Positions 49,683-58,968 of a stretch of DNA of 64,000 nucleotides are shown piece after piece (the stretch's first letter is position 1; each line of letters begins with the position of its first letter). Source of the DNA: Candidatus Jorgensenbacteria bacterium. GTDB taxonomy: Bacteria; Patescibacteriota; Minisyncoccia; UBA6257; GWB1-50-10. Where the stretch lies: the NCBI GenBank assembly GCA_037444725.1, contig JBBILW010000001.1:5056-69055 (forward strand), read 5' to 3'. A model generated the notes under the pieces. That model saw nothing but the letters and a program-made list of their open reading frames with translations. It was not told the origin of the DNA and did no database searches. Position numbers and translations under genes: made by a program.

Positions 49683-50363
49683 CTACTCATCTTTGAATTT
49701 TGGCAATTGTTTGTTGATGTAGAGCTGCTGCACCACCGAAAAGAGGCTTGAGACGAGCCAATAGAGACCAAGTGCCGAGGGGAGATTCACGAGCACGAAG
49801 AAGGTAAGCGCCGGACCCATAATCATCATCGTGTTCGTCATGGACGCCATAGGATTGTCCTTATCCGCGGATTTTGCCTTCATACCACCCATCATAAGCT
49901 TGCCCTGCAGGTACTGCATAGCAGCCGCCAAGACCGGCATAATATATCCTTTTGTTTTCAAATCAAGAATTCCAAGAAGCGTCGTGGTGGTAAACGCGGC
50001 TCCCGAGAGCTCGGTTGAGAGCACGCGGAAGAGGATAATGAACACCGGAAGCTGGAGGAGCAGCAATAAAATACCCGAAAAAGGATTGAGTTTGTACTTC
50101 TTATAGAGGTCGAGCATCTCTTTTGCTTGGCGCTCCTTATCATCCTTATGATCGAGCTGAATCTTCTTTATGTGCGGCTGGAGGTGCTGAGTAAGCGCCT
50201 GGTCTTTTGAGCTCTTATAAAAGATGGGGAAGAGGATGACGCGCACCGCAACGGTGAGTAAAATAACCGCGATTCCAAGGTCGTGGAACGCGATGGTGTT
50301 ATAGATATAGATGAGCAATTCCAATATCGGCTGATAGAGAAATGTATTAAAAAACCCGGACAT
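49683..50363 (-). CDS. yidC: Membrane protein insertase YidC (short form)
   Basis: LGIAVILLTVAVRVILFP, LQP.IK.IQ, NPFSG..LLQLPV, LPSALGLYW. Confidence 0.95.
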   Translation of the reverse strand: MSGFFNTFLYQPILELLIYIYNTIAFHDLGIAVILLTVAVRVILFPIFYKSSKDQALTQHLQPHIKKIQLDHKDDKERQAKEMLDLYKKYKLNPFSGILLLLLQLPVFIILFRVLSTELSGAAFTTTTLLGILDLKTKGYIMPVLAAAMQYLQGKLMMGGMKAKSADKDNPMASMTNTMMIMGPALTFFVLVNLPSALGLYWLVSSLFSVVQQLYINKQLPKFKDE

Positions 50364-50408
50364 GTGCTCTATTGTACGGGGTTTCCCACTATTCCGCAAT
50401 TCATGTTT

Positions 50409-50669
50409 TTAGCCCAGTTTTGCCTGAATTTCTTCCTGCAGCCCATGAAAACCCGCCTTCACCGCTCCCGCGCGGGCTATTATCGTCACTTCGTACGGTA
50501 ATTTCTCAAGAAGCGGGCGCACTATGGAGGAAATGCGACGTTTTACAAGGTTTCTCTCTACCGCTTTTTTAGAAACCGCCTTCCCGACCACAACAATAAG
50601 CGGCTTCTTCTGGAAGCCGTGTGGGTTTGTTCTTATTGTGAGTGTGCGCATGGGTGCTATGAGCGCCAT
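50409..50669 (-). CDS. rnpA: Ribonuclease P protein component
   Basis: VVGKAVSKKAVERNLVKRRI; lies between rpmH and yidC. Confidence 0.88.
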   Translation of the reverse strand: MALIAPMRTLTIRTNPHGFQKKPLIVVVGKAVSKKAVERNLVKRRISSIVRPLLEKLPYEVTIIARAGAVKAGFHGLQEEIQAKLG

Positions 50670-50683
50670 AATACTCGTTTTAT

Positions 50684-50818
50684 CTAGAGTGCGATGCGCT
50701 TGCGGCCCTTTTGTCTGCGGCGAGCCATTGCTGCGCGTCCTCCCGGCGTTCTGCTGCGCTTTAAAAAGCCGTGCGTGTTCCTGCGCTTCTTCTTTTTTGG
50801 TTGGTACGTGAAACTCAT
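50684..50818 (-). CDS. rpmH: 50S ribosomal protein L34
   Basis: [22 protein letters not shown]...RRRQKGRKR. Confidence 0.96.
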   Translation of the reverse strand: MSFTYQPKKKKRRNTHGFLKRSRTPGGRAAMARRRQKGRKRIAL

Positions 50819-51062
50819 AGTAATGAATCTTGGTGTTACATTAACACACCGTACGAAATAAAGCAATTTTTGTCCGCCGTCATTCCGTAAAACGACTTAT
50901 CAACAGGTAATACACAATTAGAGCACATTCGCGAATTTCCAACAACGTTGAAAGTTTTATTATTACGTTTATGATTGGGTGATAGGTAAGGAGAAAAGTT
51001 TTCTGATTTGATTTTTTTCAGTCTTAATAAATAATTTTTTAAAATCGCGCCACACACGAAAT

Positions 51063-52445
51063 ATGGAACATCAGGAACTTTGGAAAACAGTGCTTGGTGA
51101 GATAGAACTCCAGATTTCGCGACCAAATTTCCTTACGTGGTTCAAAAACAGCCAGTTAGTGGAGAAAAACGAGAAGGAGGGGGTGGCGCTTGTGGCATTA
51201 CCGAACAATTTCGCGAAGGAGTGGGTAAAAAATCGTTATCATAAGATTATTTTAGGTTCGTTACGCAACATCGACGGCTCAATTAAGTACGTAAACTACG
51301 TTGTGGTGAGTCACAACACTCCGCTTAAGCCCTCAAAGGTGGAGCGGAAGCAAAAAGCGCCGGAATTAACCGACGAAAAATCAAATCTTCCCATCACCGA
51401 TCTTCGTGTTGACTCAAAAACGAATCTCAATCCGAAATATATCTTTGATTCCTTCGTTGTCGGCTCCTCAAACGAGCTTGCATGCGCCGCCATCAACGCG
51501 GTTATCGACAATGTCGGGAAAAAATACAACCCGCTCTTTATTTATGGAGGAGTAGGTTTGGGAAAAACACACCTTCTCCAGGCAGCAGGGAATGCGGTGC
51601 ATCAAAAATATGAAGGGAAGGTGCGTGTGTTGTATGTAACCTCGGAAAAATTCATCAATGACGTTGTGTGGGCACTCCGCAACAAGCGCGCGGACGACAT
51701 GAAGAAAAAATACCGCGATGTGGATATGCTTATCATCGACGATATCCAATTCATCGGCGGCAAAGCGGCAACAGAGCTCGAATTCTTTTATACATTTAAC
51801 GCGCTCTACGAAAACAACAAGCAGATTATTATTTCATCCGATCGTCCGCCCGCAGCAATCCCCACACTCGAAGAAAGACTTCGTTCACGCTTTGAGGGGG
51901 GAATGATTGCGGATGTCGCGTATCCGGATTATGAAATGCGTTTGGCAATTTTAAAAACCAAAGCGCAGTCTCATAACGCAAATATCGACGAAAAAACCCT
52001 TGAATATATCGCGACGAAAGTCCAGAAGAACATCAGGGAAGTGGAGGGGGTGCTCAATAAGGTGTTGTTTTACCAACAGTATAAAAACAACCAAATAGAC
52101 CAGAAGAAACTTGATGAAATCATCAGTGAAACATCGCAGGTTTCACCGAAAAACATCACTCCCGCCGATATTATTAAGACCGTTGCTGAGTTTTATGAGA
52201 TATCCCAGCAGGAACTCACCGATAGAGGAAGGAAGCAGGAAATAGTGGAACCTCGGCAGGTAGTAATGTACCTCTTGAGAGAAATGTTGAAACTTTCGTA
52301 TCCGAATATCGGCGAACGCCTTGGAAAGCGGGATCATACTACCGTTATCCACGCATACGAGAAAATCTCAAAAGAGGTGCAATCGAATTCCGCGTTCAAC
52401 CAGAAAATACTCCTTATCAAAGAACGACTGTTTAAAAATTCTTAA
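51063..52445 (+). CDS. dnaA: Chromosomal replication initiator DnaA
   Basis: YNPLFIYGGVGLGKTHLL, LIIDDIQF, RLRSRFEGG, RDHTTVIH. Confidence 0.99.
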   Translation: MEHQELWKTVLGEIELQISRPNFLTWFKNSQLVEKNEKEGVALVALPNNFAKEWVKNRYHKIILGSLRNIDGSIKYVNYVVVSHNTPLKPSKVERKQKAPELTDEKSNLPITDLRVDSKTNLNPKYIFDSFVVGSSNELACAAINAVIDNVGKKYNPLFIYGGVGLGKTHLLQAAGNAVHQKYEGKVRVLYVTSEKFINDVVWALRNKRADDMKKKYRDVDMLIIDDIQFIGGKAATELEFFYTFNALYENNKQIIISSDRPPAAIPTLEERLRSRFEGGMIADVAYPDYEMRLAILKTKAQSHNANIDEKTLEYIATKVQKNIREVEGVLNKVLFYQQYKNNQIDQKKLDEIISETSQVSPKNITPADIIKTVAEFYEISQQELTDRGRKQEIVEPRQVVMYLLREMLKLSYPNIGERLGKRDHTTVIHAYEKISKEVQSNSAFNQKILLIKERLFKNS

Positions 52446-52640
52446 ATTCGGTGGATGAAGTGTGGATAAGGACTGATAACTGATGAATGAAAAGGTGATA
52501 AGAATGCGAAAAGTGTTGAAAGTGTAAAAATTCATCCACACCACCCACCGCACTTTCCACAGATTAGAAAAATAAAAACGCTGATACAGATTGATTAAAA
52601 AGAGTTTATCCCCATATCCACAGACACTACTACGACTACT
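52446..52640. other. Replication origin oriC (dnaA-dnaN intergenic)
   Basis: Perfect DnaA box TGTGGATAA at 52461-52469; variants at 52450, 52532, 52553, 52606, 52614; CTACTACGACTACTA trio run before dnaN; a further box TTATCAACA near 50898. Confidence 0.9.
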
Positions 52641-53750
52641 ATGAAATTAATTATATTAAAGAATAACTTAATAGAAGGATTAGGGGCGGTTGAGCGGGCA
52701 ATCAGCGCGGTAGCCAATCTTCCGATTTTAAAAAACATTCTTATAAAAACCGAAGGCGGAAGAATTTCTTTTACCTGTACCAATCTTGAGATTGCGATTA
52801 CTCAGCTTGTTCCCGGAAAGATTGTTGAAGAAGGCGAGATAACCGTACCGCTTTCTGTGTTTGCACCGGTAGCGAAAAATATTAATTCGGAACGTATCAC
52901 GCTCGAAGTGAAGGATAATCATATTTCCGTCGTTACCGATAACTATGAAGCAACGATTCAAGCGCACAACGCAAAAGATTTTCCCATAATCCCTTCGATT
53001 GCGGATAAAAGCAGTGTGGTGAAAATCGCATCAGCGAAACTTCTTGAAGCATTGCAGAGCGTAATTGTCGCGACACAGTATTCCGAAATTCGTCCTGAGA
53101 TAAGCGGCGTTTATTTTAAGATTTCTGATCAGAACCTCATACTAGCCGCGACAGACAGTTTTCGCCTCGCAGAACGCGTTATAGAAGCAACAGACGTGTA
53201 TACCACGCTCGATGAGGCATCGATGATTGTGCCGTATAAAACTGCGGAAGAATTAGTGAAATTTCTCCAAGGTCCCGAACAAGAAATCGAAATTTATATC
53301 GAAGCGAATCAAGTTTTATTTAAAACCAACACTAAACAGCTTATTTCACGGCTTGTTGATGGAACATTCCCCGAATACAAAGCGATTATTCCCAAACAAA
53401 TCCAGAATGAGGCGACTATCAGCAGAATTGAGCTTGTGAACGCATTAAAACTCGCGAGTTCTTTTGCGGGCCGCACGAACGATGTGACTCTCAAGGTAGG
53501 GGATAATAAGAAATTTATCGAATTATATTCCGCAGATTCTTCTGTAGGTGAAAATCGCTACCGAATTCCCATTAAACTCAAAGGAGACGCGTTTTCTGTC
53601 GTGTTTAATTGGCGCTATCTCCTCGATGGCTTGCGCATCTACTCATCAGACGATGTTATTCTCGGTATTAATGCCGCGTCACGCCCTGCGGTAATTAAAA
53701 ACACACTTGAGTCAGCGCTCACCTATGTGGTGATGCCGATAAATCAGTAG
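52641..53750 (+). CDS. dnaN: DNA polymerase III beta sliding clamp
   Basis: LPILKNIL, TNLEI, AATDSFRLAE, SRLVDGTFPEY, YVVMPI. Confidence 0.98.
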   Translation: MKLIILKNNLIEGLGAVERAISAVANLPILKNILIKTEGGRISFTCTNLEIAITQLVPGKIVEEGEITVPLSVFAPVAKNINSERITLEVKDNHISVVTDNYEATIQAHNAKDFPIIPSIADKSSVVKIASAKLLEALQSVIVATQYSEIRPEISGVYFKISDQNLILAATDSFRLAERVIEATDVYTTLDEASMIVPYKTAEELVKFLQGPEQEIEIYIEANQVLFKTNTKQLISRLVDGTFPEYKAIIPKQIQNEATISRIELVNALKLASSFAGRTNDVTLKVGDNKKFIELYSADSSVGENRYRIPIKLKGDAFSVVFNWRYLLDGLRIYSSDDVILGINAASRPAVIKNTLESALTYVVMPINQ

Positions 53751-53756
53751 GAATTG

Positions 53757-56228
53757 TTAGTGGTATACCACTGCCGTTGCTGACGCAGTTGCACCACTTC
53801 GTGCTTTTACACGAATCTCAATCTTGTTCTGGGGTCCGAGCGGGATATTCAGGAAATTTTGATAATGGTACTCGGTACCGCTTATATCCATTGCTCCCAT
53901 AAGCTGATCATTGAAGTACAATTCAATTCTTGATAACGTGTCGTTGTTTGCGGTAAGTGTTGCGCCAATAAGCAGGGGAGACGATGTGAATACGCCTGTT
54001 TTTGGTTCGTTAATTACCACTGAAACCGCAGGAGCCTGAGAAACCGACGAACTTGCTGATTGCATTTCTTGCGGCACCACATAGGTATTCAAACCGTTCG
54101 GATTCGCTTTTATCCAATCCTCAACTCCTTTTTCCCAGTTCGTGAACTGAATATCCTGCGAGGGGTCATCAGGAGGATTTCCCGTCGGATCGTTCCTATT
54201 CACGTAATACAGAATCGAGTGTACCTGCGGCACCTTTACTCCATTGATAACCGGCGTATAGACCGGATCTCCGTTTAACATCGGTTTTGAGGGAAGAGTA
54301 TAGGGATCAGGCAGTTCAAATTGATCTTTCGGGAATTGCGGAAGCGCGTCGCGCAAAAACGCATTCCATGTCGGGATTGCGGCAAGAATACTGCTTCCTT
54401 GGCTTTGAAGGGGAGTGTTGTCATTGTTTCCCGCCCACACACCTACCACTAAGTCGGGAGTGTAGCCGAATGCCCACGCATCGCGGTAATCCTGCGTCGT
54501 ACCCGTCTTTAATGCGACCTGATAGCCGTCGAAAATAGTGAGTGGCAGGCTTGCGTGGAATATCGGCGCGCGAAGTTCAGAATCGGAAAGTATTTGATTG
54601 ATAAGTTTCGGATACTGCGCGTCTATCGGCTGTGTCGTCTTATCTTTGTACTCCTCGAGCACGTTGTTATTCGCGTCGGTTACTTTCAACACTAACTGCT
54701 GGTCGTGCAGCGTGCCATTTTGTGAAAGCACTGAGTATGCCTTCACGAGGTCTATAAGTTTAATTTCTCCGCCGCCTAATGTGAGCGAGAGACCATAGCG
54801 CCACCGTTCCTTGAGGGTGGTAATACCGAAGTTCGCTAGATTTTTCAGCACGTCATCAAAGCCCGCAAGATAGAGCGTTTCTACCGCAGGAACGTTTAAG
54901 GATTGCGCGAGTGATTGTTCCATGCGTATCGGTCCGCGGAACAATCCGTCGAAGTTTCCCGGTTTGTAACTTGTTTCCGGATCGTTGCGTGTGTCGAATT
55001 CCGTGGGTACATCAAGTAACACCGTTTTCGGCGAGTAACCTTTTTGGAACGCGGTCATGTAAACGAACGGTTTTAACGCGGAACCCGGCTGGCGGAGTCC
55101 TTGCGTTGCCACGTTGAAATTACCTTCGAATTTGCAGCTCACGCCAGGTGTGCATCCTTCCGGTTCCGGTTTTCCGAAATAATCTTTTGAGCCGACCATT
55201 GAAAGTATCTGGCCGGTTTTCGGGTCTTCTGCGACAAGCGCAGTGTTGAAGCCCTTATACAGTTCAGCATTACGCTTTGCGCCCTCCAAAGCCGCTTTTT
55301 CAGCGATTGCCTGGAGTTTTAAGTCGATGGTGGTGATAACATGGAGGCCGCCGTTCATTACCACATCCTCGCCGTATTTACCCACGAGATAATCTTTTAC
55401 CGCGAGCGAGAAATGCGGCGCTACGATAGTGCCGAGATTTGCCGGTGCAAAAACGGGAATTTCCTTTTTTGCTTTCGCGACATCGCTTGCTGATGCGCTC
55501 TTAAGTTCCACCATACGGTCCAAGACATAATTGCTGCGCGCCATAAGATCTTTCGTGTTCGAACCCCAGGGCGAGAAGTAGCTCGGCGCCTGGAGCATGC
55601 TCGCAAGAATTGACGCTTCGCGGAGCGTGAGATCTTTTACGTGCTTGTTGTAGTAAATCTGGCTTGCTGCCTCTACGCCATAAGCATTCGAGCCGAACGG
55701 AATCTGGTTCAAATAAAACCCAAAAATATCTTTTTTGGAATATTGAGATTCGAGTTGTACCGCGAGAATGATTTCCTTCAGTTTGCGGATATAGGTGCGC
55801 TCGTCCGAGAGAAGCGTCTTTTTTACGAGTTGCTGCGTGAGCGTTGAGCCGCCTTGGGTAATTTTTCCTTTTTGGAGGTTAACAATAAACGCACGTACTA
55901 TGCCGCGCCAGTTGAAGCCTGGTTCGGTATAAAAATTCGCGTCTTCGGCGGCCAAGACCGCATTTTTCATATTGTCGGGAATTTCATCGAATGAAACGAT
56001 GGTGCGTTTTTCATCGCCATGGATTTCATACAACATCGTTTCGCCGGTGCGGTCGTAGAGTTTTGTGGATTGGCTTACCACGCGCTTGCCGAAGTCGGAA
56101 GGCGAAGGGAGGTTGTGGAGCGAGTAGGCGATATACATGGCGCCCACCGCGAACACGCTTAAAAAGAATGCACCGATTGCGAGCGCAATCAGGAATCCCG
56201 TACTTTTCTTATGCAATAATCGTTTCAT
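53757..56228 (-). CDS. Class A penicillin-binding protein (PBP1A family)
   Basis: AAEDANF, QGGSTLTQQLVK, RKLKE; RQPGSALKP, SLN, KTGT. Confidence 0.95.
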   Translation of the reverse strand: MKRLLHKKSTGFLIALAIGAFFLSVFAVGAMYIAYSLHNLPSPSDFGKRVVSQSTKLYDRTGETMLYEIHGDEKRTIVSFDEIPDNMKNAVLAAEDANFYTEPGFNWRGIVRAFIVNLQKGKITQGGSTLTQQLVKKTLLSDERTYIRKLKEIILAVQLESQYSKKDIFGFYLNQIPFGSNAYGVEAASQIYYNKHVKDLTLREASILASMLQAPSYFSPWGSNTKDLMARSNYVLDRMVELKSASASDVAKAKKEIPVFAPANLGTIVAPHFSLAVKDYLVGKYGEDVVMNGGLHVITTIDLKLQAIAEKAALEGAKRNAELYKGFNTALVAEDPKTGQILSMVGSKDYFGKPEPEGCTPGVSCKFEGNFNVATQGLRQPGSALKPFVYMTAFQKGYSPKTVLLDVPTEFDTRNDPETSYKPGNFDGLFRGPIRMEQSLAQSLNVPAVETLYLAGFDDVLKNLANFGITTLKERWRYGLSLTLGGGEIKLIDLVKAYSVLSQNGTLHDQQLVLKVTDANNNVLEEYKDKTTQPIDAQYPKLINQILSDSELRAPIFHASLPLTIFDGYQVALKTGTTQDYRDAWAFGYTPDLVVGVWAGNNDNTPLQSQGSSILAAIPTWNAFLRDALPQFPKDQFELPDPYTLPSKPMLNGDPVYTPVINGVKVPQVHSILYYVNRNDPTGNPPDDPSQDIQFTNWEKGVEDWIKANPNGLNTYVVPQEMQSASSSVSQAPAVSVVINEPKTGVFTSSPLLIGATLTANNDTLSRIELYFNDQLMGAMDISGTEYHYQNFLNIPLGPQNKIEIRVKARSGATASATAVVYH

Positions 56229-56266
56229 ATGATGGTGTATCTCTTTAATCGTAACAAACGTAATTA

Positions 56267-56298
56267 AAAATCCCACGCGTGTACGGCGGGGGATTTTT
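56267..56298 (-). terminator. Terminator after acidic sORF
   Basis: AAAAATCCC...GGGATTTTT imperfect hairpin. Confidence 0.6.
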
Positions 56299-56313
56299 GC
56301 TGAGAACGGCAGG

Positions 56314-56478
56314 TTAGAAAGCGTCCTCTTCCTCCTCCGTTTCTATCTCAGGTTCTTCGATTGTTTCTTCTCCGTCTTCGAGTGATGAGTCGGTTTCAAC
56401 TGCCGAAGTCACTCCTTCTTCCAAAAGCTCCTCATCTTCTCCGTTCGTGTAGATTCCGTCGTCTCTTAATGATCGCAT
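56314..56478 (-). CDS. 54-aa highly acidic small protein (not in ORF track)
   Basis: MRSLRDDGIYTNGEDEELLEEGVTSAVETDSSLEDGEETIEEPEIETEEEEDAF; 23 of 54 residues D/E; followed by a hairpin. Confidence 0.65.
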   Translation of the reverse strand: MRSLRDDGIYTNGEDEELLEEGVTSAVETDSSLEDGEETIEEPEIETEEEEDAF

Positions 56479-56628
56479 GAATAGTAAACGTTGGTTATTA
56501 TTCGACTATTTATTGTTATCCACCCTATCGTACCGTTGCACTTAACGATGTGCAATATGCGGGGTGTGGATGAATATGGCAAAAGTATACTTACCGTCCG
56601 CAGTATGTCAATACCAAAAACGCACTCG

Positions 56629-57099
56629 TTAACTAAGGCGCGTATTTGCTGACGCGATGGCGATTGCGAGGGCGTCTGTGGCGTCGTCTAAGAGATGGGA
56701 AACAGAGGTCCGAAGTATCGCCGCGACCATCTTTGCCACCGCGTCTTTTGACGCGTTGCCGTTGCTTGTGACCGCAACTTTCACCTCATTCGGCGTGAGC
56801 TCGCACACGGGCACCCCGCGTTCAAGAATGGTATGCATAATCACGCCGCGCGCCTCCGCGACCGCAAGTGCGGTCTTTTTGTTTTTCGAAAAGAAGAGTT
56901 TCTCCACGCCAATTTTTTCCGGGCGCGTCTCATCGATGAGTTTCCCGAGTTCGCGCGCGATATTGCGGAGGCGTTCACTGCCGACCGCAGGCGGGAGGGG
57001 GAGAATGCCGCTTTTTATGTGTGTGAACACGCCCCCTTTCGTCTCAATGACGCCGAAACCGACGCGTGTGGTGCCTGGGTCGATGCCGAGAATAATCAT
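56629..57099 (-). CDS. ruvC: Holliday junction resolvase RuvC
   Basis: ILGIDPG, VEKLFF, ARGV, GNASK, DDATDALAIA. Confidence 0.96.
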   Translation of the reverse strand: MIILGIDPGTTRVGFGVIETKGGVFTHIKSGILPLPPAVGSERLRNIARELGKLIDETRPEKIGVEKLFFSKNKKTALAVAEARGVIMHTILERGVPVCELTPNEVKVAVTSNGNASKDAVAKMVAAILRTSVSHLLDDATDALAIAIASANTRLS

Positions 57100-57108
57100 G
57101 CGAGGAAA

Positions 57109-57645
57109 TTATTGCGCGTTCGTGTAGACGCGCTGTACGTCCTGTTGGGCTTCTAAAACACTAATAAGTGCGCGCAAGCTTTCCTTATCCGCTTCGCTTA
57201 TTGCGAGCGGGAATTTTGCAATCCAGATAGGCGCTTCGTTTTCCATGCGCGGCTCGAACGCCCAAGTTACACTGCCCGGCTCCGCCCATTTGCCGTTATT
57301 ATCACGGAGAATCAGTTTGATTTCTGCGACGGTTCTATTCGTACTATCGGTGATGGCTTCTATAAGGAGCGCGACGCCTCCGGGTCCGTAGGCTTCGAAC
57401 AATGCTTCTTCTGATACAATTTCTCCGCTCGTCATGCGCGAGATGGCGCGCTCGATGTTTTCGAGCGGCACATTTGCGGCGCGCGCTTTCTCGATGGTTG
57501 TGCGAAGGCGCGGATTGAAATCGGGATTCGGTTCCGCTTTTGCTGCCGCGCTTACTGCGGCGAGAAGCTTTGAAAACACAATGCCGCGCTTTACGTCGGC
57601 TGCTCCTTTTTCCTGCTTAATTTGTTTAAAACTGCGTCCTCCCAT
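57109..57645 (-). CDS. yebC: YebC/PmpR-family protein (short form)
   Basis: NPDFNPRLR, NIERAI, FEAYGPGGVA, TDSTNRT, DVQRVYTN; upstream of ruvC. Confidence 0.92.
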   Translation of the reverse strand: MGGRSFKQIKQEKGAADVKRGIVFSKLLAAVSAAAKAEPNPDFNPRLRTTIEKARAANVPLENIERAISRMTSGEIVSEEALFEAYGPGGVALLIEAITDSTNRTVAEIKLILRDNNGKWAEPGSVTWAFEPRMENEAPIWIAKFPLAISEADKESLRALISVLEAQQDVQRVYTNAQ

Positions 57646-57660
57646 AGAGGCATTGAACCA

Positions 57661-58968
57661 CTAGACCGTGCCTTCCGCAACCTCTCTCTTGGGAATAAGT
57701 CGTTCGTCGGTCGGTAGCGTGAACCAGAACGTTGAGCCGCGATTTAATTCCGAATTTACGCCGATTTCTCCGCCGTGCCTCTTCACGATGTTTTTTGCGA
57801 TGTAGAGACCGAGACCGCTGCCATTCGGTTCCATCTGTACTACGTTTGAGCCGCGATAAAGCTTCTGGAAGAGTTTCTTCAAGTCTTCAGGGGAGATACC
57901 GACGCCTGTGTCTATTATCGAGATGCGCACGAACGGTTTTACCGCATCGAGCTCAATCGCGACCGACACCTTGCCATGCTTTATGTTGTAGCGGATGGCA
58001 TTATCAATGAGATTGAAAATAACCGAACCCACGCGATTCTGGTCTATCATAATCGGCGGAATCGCTTCGTGCGGCGCGAACACTTCAAGCGTAATGCCGT
58101 ACTGGTCAGCGAGCGTCTTCATTTCTTTTACGATGCCGGAGACAAACTGAAGCACGTCTGTGGATTGGAGTGTATACCCGAACTTGCCTTCTTCGATTTT
58201 AGAGACATCAAGGAGGTCGTTGGTGATTTTGAGCGAACGCTCCGAGACCGCGAGCGCTTCGACGGCAATAGGATTTATATTTTTATCGTTCGCAGAAAAC
58301 TTTACGATATTTTCCATCGCCCAGTGGAGCGCAGTGAGCGGCGTGCGGAGTTGGTGCGCAGCGACGCCGATGAAATCAGATTTCGCCTGAAGAAGCCCTT
58401 TTTCGCGCGACTGGTCGCGGACAATTTTTACGAATCCCATAATTTCTCCGTTCTCATCACGCAACTGATTGAGGGTGGTGTGGAAATCGAAATGAGGATT
58501 TTCGAGCGTAATGTCGGCGATCTGCGGCCACGCGCCGGAATCGGAGAGTTGATTTATGGACGGCGCGAGCGAAGGGAAGAGGGTTTGTACGAGCGTGCGG
58601 AAATGGGGATTTTTCGCCATGCTCGGATCAAAGCGCGTGTTGATAACTTCCGCTGCGGAGATGCCGAAAATATTTTCCGCCGCCTTATTGAACGTGACTA
58701 TTTTGAAATCAGGGTCATACACGATAACCGCGTCGCCTAAAAATTGGATGAGCGCGTCCTGTTCTTTCATGGCGAGCATGCGCTCGGCGCTCAGCTGCGC
58801 GAGATGGAGGAAGACGCGGATTAACACTGCCGCCGCGCCCAAGAAAACCACCACCGAAACAATAATGAGCACGAGGGGAGAGAAGTACGCGTTCGCCGCA
58901 AAGAGCGCGCCAAGGAGCGCGAGCGCGATGATGAGTGAAATCATTTCCGGTGTTTTCCAGTAACGCAT
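57661..58968 (-). CDS. PAS-domain sensor histidine kinase
   Basis: Two TM helices, PAS (FNKAAE.IFG), AHQLRTPLT, NLIDNAIRY, DTGVGI, GSGLGL. Confidence 0.93.
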   Translation of the reverse strand: MRYWKTPEMISLIIALALLGALFAANAYFSPLVLIIVSVVVFLGAAAVLIRVFLHLAQLSAERMLAMKEQDALIQFLGDAVIVYDPDFKIVTFNKAAENIFGISAAEVINTRFDPSMAKNPHFRTLVQTLFPSLAPSINQLSDSGAWPQIADITLENPHFDFHTTLNQLRDENGEIMGFVKIVRDQSREKGLLQAKSDFIGVAAHQLRTPLTALHWAMENIVKFSANDKNINPIAVEALAVSERSLKITNDLLDVSKIEEGKFGYTLQSTDVLQFVSGIVKEMKTLADQYGITLEVFAPHEAIPPIMIDQNRVGSVIFNLIDNAIRYNIKHGKVSVAIELDAVKPFVRISIIDTGVGISPEDLKKLFQKLYRGSNVVQMEPNGSGLGLYIAKNIVKRHGGEIGVNSELNRGSTFWFTLPTDERLIPKREVAEGTV

